From the IMG/VR virus record IMGVR_UViG_3300043353_000054, positions 1-16,367 of that record: a DNA stretch of 16,367 bases; one strand, given 5' to 3'. The notes beneath the pieces are model-generated. The model had not been told where the DNA came from and ran no database searches. It was given only the letters and a program-made list of their open reading frames with translations. Position 1 is the stretch's first letter, and each line of letters starts with the position of its first letter. Shown piece by piece: positions 1 to 4,573 of the stretch. The DNA comes from a virus. The translations under genes and the position numbers were made by a program.

Positions 1-127
1 AGCCGCAGCAGCGGGCCTGGTCGTGTACCCGCCCACCCAGGACGTACGCCTGGGGTACGAGAACGACAACCAGCGCGGCGACGAGCTCGCAACCCACATG
101 ACCGGGCCCGCCGCCCATCAGTGGGAC
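1..127 (+). repeat. Terminal overlap, copy 1 (identical to 16241-16367)
   Basis: Base-by-base comparison of both window ends shows 127/127 identity. Confidence 0.97.
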
Positions 128-322
128 CAGATCGTCGGCAAGCCGGTGCTCGTCTACTCGTTCGTCGGCCAGGACATCCGGTTGCGGTCGGACGAGACGC
201 TGACCCGGGTCATCTTCTACGTCGAGGGCAACGAGTTCGACCTGGCGCCCCTGTCCCGGGTCACCGCCCTGGAAGCCCGGGTCGCCGCCCTCGAGGCCGC
301 CAACCCCCACCGGGAGGACTGA
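2..322 (+). CDS. Minor tail protein, 3' part of the junction-spanning 112-aa gene (starts at 16224)
   Basis: Same frame as the listed ORF 23-322, but open from base 2 and continuous with ATG 16224 through the 127-bp overlap. C-terminal heptad-like RVTALEARVAALEAAN. Sits in the tail module. Confidence 0.7.
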   Translation, partial: AAAAGLVVYPPTQDVRLGYENDNQRGDELATHMTGPAAHQWDQIVGKPVLVYSFVGQDIRLRSDETLTRVIFYVEGNEFDLAPLSRVTALEARVAALEAANPHRED

Positions 323-325
323 GCC

Positions 326-829
326 ATGCCCGTGGGTGCACCCGACGCGAACGGGATCTACCACTACACCGAGGACGACCTCGCGTCCCCGTTCTCGAGC
401 ACGCTGAACAAGCTCGCCGACACCGTCTCAGCGGCGTTCGCCGCGAACACCTACGTCCCGACCCTGACCACGGACACCGGTCCTAACCCGACCAACTACA
501 CCGCCACGGGCCGCTACCGTCGCTCCGGCAAGATCCTGCTCGTCCAGTTCTCGATCGCCATGAACGCCGGGATGACCCCCGGCACGGGCGTCTACCGGGT
601 CAGCGTGCCCGTCCCCGTGGTCACCGCGGGGGGCGTCGCCCGCCTGTTCGACAGCTCGACCGGCAACGCACACCTGGACTCGCGCATCGCCCTGGCCTCC
701 GCGACGACTCTCGGGTTCCAGTACACCGTGACCCACGGCGGCACACTCGGCAACGTAGCCGCTGGGCTGCCGTGGGTGTGGGCGTCGGGCGACCTGCTCG
801 ACGGGTTCGCCGTCTGCGAGGCGGCATGA
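326..829 (+). CDS. Minor tail protein (possible receptor-binding/tail tip protein), 167 aa
   Basis: ATG 326 preceded by GGGAGGA (312-318). Balanced, non-shadow composition. Last structural ORF before the endolysin. Stop overlaps the next ATG (ATGA at 826-829). Confidence 0.75.
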   Translation: MPVGAPDANGIYHYTEDDLASPFSSTLNKLADTVSAAFAANTYVPTLTTDTGPNPTNYTATGRYRRSGKILLVQFSIAMNAGMTPGTGVYRVSVPVPVVTAGGVARLFDSSTGNAHLDSRIALASATTLGFQYTVTHGGTLGNVAAGLPWVWASGDLLDGFAVCEAA

Positions 830-1707
830 CGATCGCCGTCACCTCGAGCAACGGCCAGGCGCCCGCGGACGCGCTGTCCGTGCTGCCCGGGGCCAACGGC
901 GACGGCACGCCTCACACCGCACCGCACGTCACCGCCCAGTCCTACGCGCGCATCCGCGACGCGATGCGCGCCGCGAACATGGGCGACCTGATCCCGACCG
1001 ATGGGTGGTCCTGCTACCGGGACCGTGACGCCCAGCAGCACATGCGTGACCTGGGCCTGACCACGATCCCGGTCGGGCAGTCGATCCACGGCGAGTGGTC
1101 GATCGGGTCGGCCGTCGACTTCTCCGGCCTGGGCGGGTTCGGCGCACCCCGGCACGACTGGCTACGTCACAACGGCGGCCAGTACGGCTGGTACCAGCCC
1201 GGGTGGGCGCAGATCTACGGCTCGCTACCCGAGCCCTGGCATTGGGAGTACGACCAGCGAGACGACAGGCATCTCGGAGAGGACGACGACATGACACCCG
1301 ACGAGGTCAAGGGCGCGTGCGAGGAAGCGGTCAAGGGCGTCCTACGCGCACCCGAGTTCCAGGGATACATGCGCGACCTGCCATGGGCGCACCCGATCAA
1401 CGGACCCGACGCAGCAGATCTGTGGCTCAGGGACGCCCGCCTCGCCCCCGAGCTGCACGCCGAGATCGCCGGCGTCTCGACCCAGGTCGACGAGCTCGCC
1501 GTCGCCGGCGGCGTACGGGCCTGGCCCTCGACCCTGGCCCTGATCCTGGCCGTCGCGATCATCGCCGGCCTGGTCGCCGCCCTGATCAACCAGGTCGTCG
1601 ACGACGGCGTCGTCGCCGGCGTCGCCACCCTCATCGGCGGGCTGGTCGGATGGGCAGCAACGACCCTGGGGCAGAGGGTCGCACGCCACCGCACCGCGAC
1701 GACCTAG
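826..1707 (+). CDS. Endolysin, M15/VanY-type (LAS) peptidase domain with C-terminal two-transmembrane module, 293 aa
   Basis: ATG 826 in an ATGA overlap. SIHGEWSIGSAVDF and EPWHWEY resemble the SxHxxGxAxD and ExWH zinc-ligand motifs of VanY/M15 peptidases. The C-terminus has WPSTLALILAVAIIAGLVAALI and VVAGVATLIGGLVGWAATTLG, followed by the basic tail QRVARHR. Confidence 0.8.
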   Translation: MTIAVTSSNGQAPADALSVLPGANGDGTPHTAPHVTAQSYARIRDAMRAANMGDLIPTDGWSCYRDRDAQQHMRDLGLTTIPVGQSIHGEWSIGSAVDFSGLGGFGAPRHDWLRHNGGQYGWYQPGWAQIYGSLPEPWHWEYDQRDDRHLGEDDDMTPDEVKGACEEAVKGVLRAPEFQGYMRDLPWAHPINGPDAADLWLRDARLAPELHAEIAGVSTQVDELAVAGGVRAWPSTLALILAVAIIAGLVAALINQVVDDGVVAGVATLIGGLVGWAATTLGQRVARHRTATT

Positions 1708-1820
1708 CCCGGCCCCGGACCTACAGGGCCGGGCACGTCGGTCCCGAGCGGCATCAGCAGACCGAACGCGAGCACGACCAGCGCGATCACGACCAGCGCG
1801 ACCCACTCCCACCACCGCAT
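1704..1820 (-). CDS. Small single-pass membrane peptide, 38 aa (function unknown; holin-like or exclusion peptide possible)
   Basis: Internal ATG of listed ORF 1704-1904 gives MRWWEWVALVVIALVVLAFGLLMPLG..., last gene of the leftward operon. The C-terminal GPVGPGPG is encoded by the hairpin at 1707-1734. Confidence 0.45.
   Translation of the reverse strand: MRWWEWVALVVIALVVLAFGLLMPLGTDVPGPVGPGPG
1707..1734. terminator. Hairpin at convergent gene junction (candidate bidirectional terminator)
   Basis: GCCCGGCCC (1707-1715) pairs perfectly with GGGCCGGGC (1726-1734) around a 10-nt loop, starting at the last base of the endolysin stop codon. No U-tract. Confidence 0.5.
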
Positions 1821-1831
1821 CGGGTCCCGTT

Positions 1832-2272
1832 TCACCGCGGCGTCACGAACACCCGCAGGCCCGCACGCGGCGCCTGACCCTTGCGGTACCGGGTCGGCCC
1901 CCACGGGCCCACCTGCAGCAGCCCGTCAGCCGCCAGTTGCCGCACGCCGGCACGGTCCGTGCCGAGCAGCCGAGCAGCCTCGTCGAGCGTCAGCAGCACC
2001 GGCACCGCGTACGCCAGGCGTACGTCTGGCGCAGGGGGGCCAACGTCAGACGCCGCCTGGCGTACGACAGACGTACTAGCACCCGCCGCCGACACCCGCG
2101 CCGTCGACGGGATCGACCAGTTTCCCCGCTCGTCCTTCACCGCCCCCTCGATCCGCCCCTCAGCCAGGTACCGCTGCATCGTGCGGTCCGCGATCTCGTG
2201 CAGCGCGCCGTACTGCGACCGCGTCAGCATCACCTCGTGCTCGTACGCCTGGCGTACGTCTGGCGTGCTCAC
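1832..2272 (-). CDS. Tandem-HTH DNA-binding protein (two excisionase/MerR-type HTH modules), 146 aa; candidate recombination directionality factor or regulator
   Basis: GTG 2272 sits in a GTGA overlap with the upstream stop (alternative ATG 2230). Two related modules are PDVRQAYEHEVMLTRSQYGALHEIADRTMQRYLAEGRIEG and PDVRLAYAVPVLLTLDEAARLLGTDRAGVRQLAADGLLQVG. The upstream part of listed ORF 1832-2557 is R/P/A-rich shadow. Confidence 0.7.
   Translation of the reverse strand: MSTPDVRQAYEHEVMLTRSQYGALHEIADRTMQRYLAEGRIEGAVKDERGNWSIPSTARVSAAGASTSVVRQAASDVGPPAPDVRLAYAVPVLLTLDEAARLLGTDRAGVRQLAADGLLQVGPWGPTRYRKGQAPRAGLRVFVTPR
2008..2031 (-). repeat. 24-bp motif copy A (17-bp perfect palindrome CGTACGCCAGGCGTACG plus TCTGGCG)
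   Basis: Read directly. Identical to 2242-2265 except the central base. Translated on the minus strand as PDVRLAY. Confidence 0.9.
2242..2265 (-). repeat. 24-bp motif copy B (17-bp perfect palindrome CGTACGCCTGGCGTACG plus TCTGGCG)
   Basis: Read directly. Lies 234 bp from copy A. Translated on the minus strand as PDVRQAY. Confidence 0.9.
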
Positions 2273-2478
2273 AGTGTCGTCGCCGCGCCCAGAGACTCCA
2301 GGGCAAGCCGGTAGATCCCCGCCACGCGCGGCCGCAGCACGACGTCGCGGTCGACGTCGTCGCCGAGCTCGAGCAGGAGCTCGACCGCCCGCACGGGCAG
2401 GCCGTACTCGTCGGCGATCTGCCGCAGCGTCGCCGCGTCGTCCTCGCTCACGTACACCGTGTTCCCCTCGCGCCTCAT
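2269..2478 (-). CDS. Hypothetical small acidic protein, 69 aa (possible ribbon-helix-helix fold)
   Basis: ATG 2478 in an ATGA overlap with the upstream stop; its own stop is in a GTGA overlap with the next gene. TVYVSEDDAATLRQIADEYGLPVRAVELLLELG has a strand-helix-helix pattern. The fold call is inference only. Confidence 0.65.
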   Translation of the reverse strand: MRREGNTVYVSEDDAATLRQIADEYGLPVRAVELLLELGDDVDRDVVLRPRVAGIYRLALESLGAATTL

Positions 2479-2687
2479 GAGGTGGCCTCCCACGCGTCAG
2501 CGAACACCTCGAGTGCCTCGAGCGTCGTGGTGACGGATCGGTACAGGTGGCTGGCACCCATGTCGAGCGCCGTCACTTCGGCGATGCGGTCGAGGACCAA
2601 CGCGCACCCCGCGATGTCAGTCATCGTGAGCCCTGGGAAGCTGGCCCGTACCCTCGCGGCCACCAGCTCCGGCGCTGTCGTGCTCAT
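2475..2687 (-). CDS. Hypothetical small acidic protein, 70 aa
   Basis: Internal ATG 2687 of listed ORF 2475-2753, preceded on the minus strand by GAGGAA. Protein-like composition, whereas the overlapping plus-strand ORF 2482-2736 is Ser-rich shadow. Confidence 0.65.
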   Translation of the reverse strand: MSTTAPELVAARVRASFPGLTMTDIAGCALVLDRIAEVTALDMGASHLYRSVTTTLEALEVFADAWEATS

Positions 2688-2700
2688 GCGGTCGTTCCTC

Positions 2701-2732
2701 TCGATTCGGGATTCCGGAATCCGGAATCCGGT
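2701..2732. promoter_or_regulatory. Heptamer repeat / palindrome block in the int-orfA spacer (candidate operator/promoter)
   Basis: Four tandem heptamers: ATTCGGG ATTCCGG AATCCGG AATCCGG (2704-2731). Contains the perfect 14-bp palindrome GGATTCCGGAATCC (2709-2722). Lies in the only uncoupled gap (2688-2778) of the leftward arm, which is locally GC-poor. Confidence 0.45.
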
Positions 2733-2778
2733 CTGATGTCCGAAGACTCCCAATCGCCTGATTGGTAGTTGATGTCCG

Positions 2779-3660
2779 TCATGTCTGAACCCCGGCTAGG
2801 CGCCGGTGACGCTTGTCGACGGCCGCGCGCATCAGGTCCGCGTTCGGCTTCACGTACCGCTGGGTCGTGGCCAGCGAGCGGTGCCCGAGCAGCTGCTGGG
2901 CGACGATGATGTTCGGCTCGTCGTCGACGATGCCCGTGGCGAAGCTGTGGCGTAGCGCGTGCATCGTGTGGTGGCCGGGCAGCAGCCGGGCGACGAGCGT
3001 GCCGACCCACCGCGGCGACAGGTGCCCGTCACACGATCCCGGGAACAGGTAGCCGGCTGGCGCCTGGCGGATCGCCGTGGCGATCTCGGCCGGCAGCGGC
3101 AGGACCCGGTTCCGTGAGCCCTTCCCGTGCACTACGAGCGACGAGTCGAACAGGTTGTCGATCAGGTCGCCCGTGCTCACCTGCGCGACCTCCGCGCGGC
3201 GCATGCCCAGCTCGAAGGCCAGCTGCAGCATCAGCCGCTCACGCGGCGCGGCCGCGGCGACCGCCGCCTCGTACACGTCGTCGGGCGCCGGCCGCGGGAT
3301 CCCGTCAGAGGCTCGGATCGTGGGCAGGTCGCGCGCGACGTCGCTGGCGACCAGGCCGACGCCGTGCGCCCACCGGTAGAACCCGACCAGCGTCGAGCGG
3401 ACCATGCGCTGACGCTCGACCGACCACCGCGGCCGCAGCCGGCCGAGGTCGGCGTCCCACACCTCCGCGCCGAGCCACTCGACGAGGTCCGTCGTCGTGA
3501 GCTCCCACGGGCTCTCGGTCCGCTCGCGTGAGAGCTGCGCGAGGATGTCGCGCCGCGCCCTGATCGTCGAGACCGCGCGCCTGGCCGCGCGCTGCGCGGT
3601 CGACCAGCCATCGATGGGTACCTGCCACTCTGCGCGCACGTGGCGCTTCTGCATGCTCAT
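2779..3660 (-). CDS. int: Tyrosine integrase, 293 aa
   Basis: Catalytic signature is readable: GMRRAEV (Arg), HGKGSRNR (Lys), HALRHSFAT (His-x-x-Arg), LGHRSLATTQRY (His...Tyr). ATG 3660 is in an ATGA overlap with the upstream ORF. Adjacent to a tRNA-like attP core. Confidence 0.95.
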   Translation of the reverse strand: MSMQKRHVRAEWQVPIDGWSTAQRAARRAVSTIRARRDILAQLSRERTESPWELTTTDLVEWLGAEVWDADLGRLRPRWSVERQRMVRSTLVGFYRWAHGVGLVASDVARDLPTIRASDGIPRPAPDDVYEAAVAAAAPRERLMLQLAFELGMRRAEVAQVSTGDLIDNLFDSSLVVHGKGSRNRVLPLPAEIATAIRQAPAGYLFPGSCDGHLSPRWVGTLVARLLPGHHTMHALRHSFATGIVDDEPNIIVAQQLLGHRSLATTQRYVKPNADLMRAAVDKRHRRLAGVQT

Positions 3661-3866
3661 GCCCCACCCATCGGCCCGCCGGCCTCACGCTGCAGGAGGT
3701 CAGCCGCCGCGTACTGCAGTCGGATCGAGAGGTCGATTGCCGTGTCGGGGCTGAGCCAGATCCACTCGTCGCCGACCTGCAACTGCAGGTGCGGTACGCC
3801 GAACGAGTCGGCGACGGTGTAGAGGTGCAATTCGACCGGTGGCCTGCCCCCGCCGTGCGCCCTCAT
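3657..3866 (-). CDS. Hypothetical protein, 69 aa, between repressor and integrase
   Basis: ATG 3866 in an ATGA overlap with the repressor stop; its own stop is in an ATGA overlap with the int start. Protein-like composition (ELHLYTVADSFGVPHLQLQVGDEWIWLSPDTAIDL). Confidence 0.6.
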   Translation of the reverse strand: MRAHGGGRPPVELHLYTVADSFGVPHLQLQVGDEWIWLSPDTAIDLSIRLQYAAADLLQREAGGPMGGA

Positions 3867-4258
3867 GCGCCGAGCACCCAGCCATCACGCGAGGGTGCAG
3901 AACCGGAAGACCTGCAGGTCAGACGCCGCCCGGCGTTTCGCGCGAATATCCGCCGGACGACCGTCCAGAAGGTTGGGGGTTCGAGTCCCTTCGGGCGCAC
4001 AGCAGGGCCCTCGTCGTCACGACGGGGGCCCTCGTCGTTCAACCAGTCCAGCGACACGCCCGTGGCGAGCGCCCAAGCGATGAGGACGGGGCGCCGCGGT
4101 TCGCGCTCGCCACCCTCGTACCCCGCGATCGACCGTCGCGACAGCCCTGTCGCCTCGCCGAGCTCGGTCTGCGAGAGGCCGCTGACCTCACGCGCCTTCC
4201 GAAGCCTGTCAGTGAGCGTCCAGGCTGGGACTGTCCCCTGCACCGTTACCTGCGTCAT
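3863..4258 (-). CDS. XRE-family HTH repressor, virion form 131 aa, with C-terminal extension read through the attP core
   Basis: ATG 4258 (the listed ORF start 4285 is a TTG). HTH: LSQTELGEATGLSRRSIAGYEGG...LIAWALATGVSLDWL. Residues ..AVRPKGLEPPTF.. are the antisense reading of the tRNA-like segment at 3975-3999. Divergent from the HTH gene at 4353. Confidence 0.85.
   Translation of the reverse strand: MTQVTVQGTVPAWTLTDRLRKAREVSGLSQTELGEATGLSRRSIAGYEGGEREPRRPVLIAWALATGVSLDWLNDEGPRRDDEGPAVRPKGLEPPTFWTVVRRIFARNAGRRLTCRSSGSAPSRDGWVLGA
3965..3999 (+). other. Candidate attP common core: 3' fragment of a tRNA (variable loop, T arm, acceptor 3' strand, discriminator)
   Basis: AGGTT-GGGGG-TTCGAGT-CCCTT-CGGGCGC-A: a 5-bp T stem (3 GC + 2 GU), a canonical 7-nt T loop and a 7-nt acceptor strand. 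No matching acceptor 5' strand, D arm or anticodon arm upstream. The left boundary is approximate. Confidence 0.7.
4005..4031 (+). terminator. Strong hairpin immediately 3' of the tRNA-like core (would serve as tRNA terminator after integration)
   Basis: GGGCCCTCGTCG / CGACGGGGGCCC forms a 12-bp stem (11 WC + 1 GU) with a 3-nt loop, followed by TCGTCGTTC. Lies inside the repressor ORF on the opposite strand. Confidence 0.5.
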
Positions 4259-4352
4259 GTGCGCAACGTTACACGGTCTGCGCAACCTTGCTCAGGGCAA
4301 CACGCGCCGATGTGCTTGGCGAACGTTGCTCAACTGTGGCAAGGTTCGCCGG
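4259..4352. promoter_or_regulatory. Divergent repressor/cro-like control region with four operator-like repeats
   Basis: GCGCAACGTTACA (4261-4273), GCGCAACCTTGCTC (4280-4293), GGCGAACGTTGCTC (4318-4331) and, inverted, GGCAAGGTTCGCC (4338-4350). TAACGT (minus strand, 4271-4266) lies 7 nt before ATG 4258, consistent with a leaderless repressor mRNA. Confidence 0.6.
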
Positions 4353-4544
4353 ATGAACGATGATGCACTGATGGCGACCCGTGAGGTCGCGGAGCGGCTA
4401 GGCGTCTCGATCGCCACCGTGAACCGCATGGCTAAGGACGGCCGGCTCACGCCGGCCCTGCGCACGCCCGGAATCCGTGGCGCCCACCTCTACGACCGGA
4501 ACAAGGTCGAAGCCCTCGAGCAAGAGATGAGGACGGCGCCGTAG
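4353..4544 (+). CDS. Cro-like / excisionase-family HTH protein, 63 aa
   Basis: Internal ATG 4353 of listed ORF 3789-4544. ATREVAERLGVSIATVNRMAKDGRL is a typical excisionase/MerR-type HTH. Divergent from the repressor. Confidence 0.8.
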   Translation: MNDDALMATREVAERLGVSIATVNRMAKDGRLTPALRTPGIRGAHLYDRNKVEALEQEMRTAP

Positions 4545-4560
4545 TAGCGGCGCCGTCCTC
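4529..4560 (+). terminator. Perfect 13-bp stem hairpin spanning the stop codon of the cro-like gene
   Basis: GAGGACGGCGCCG (4529-4541), loop TAGTAG, CGGCGCCGTCCTC (4548-4560). The TAG stop (4542-4544) sits in the loop. No U-tract, so it could be an attenuator or an RNA/protein binding site rather than a terminator. Confidence 0.5.
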
Positions 4561-4573
4561 CGGGATCTCAAAG

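Noticed and set aside
1-127. The terminal 127-bp identity as transposon/LTR ends or a biological direct terminal repeat.
   Set aside because: The repeat is direct and lies inside a coding sequence that is only intact after joining. It stops exactly at the contig end, and its length equals a common assembler k-mer. A true DTR cannot be fully excluded without reads.
1832-2557. The full 241-aa minus-strand ORF taken as one gene.
   Set aside because: Its first 95 codons are Arg/Pro/Ala shadow overlapping the 69-aa gene. The GTG at 2272, coupled to the upstream stop, begins the protein-like part.
2704-2731. The heptamer repeats as a CRISPR array or microsatellite artefact.
   Set aside because: The units are 7 bp with no spacers, and there are only four copies. 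They are better explained as a regulatory repeat or palindrome.
3926-3999. A complete, functional phage-encoded tRNA gene.
   Set aside because: Only the variable loop, T arm and acceptor 3' strand are present. No GCGCCCG-type acceptor 5' strand, D arm (TAGCTCAG-like) or 5-7-5 anticodon arm can be formed from the preceding ~75 nt. It is interpreted as an attP core.
3789-4352. The N-terminal 188 codons of listed ORF 3789-4544, and other plus-strand ORFs across 3839-4363.
   Set aside because: They run antisense to the repressor and across the control region with shadow-like composition. The HTH protein starts at ATG 4353.
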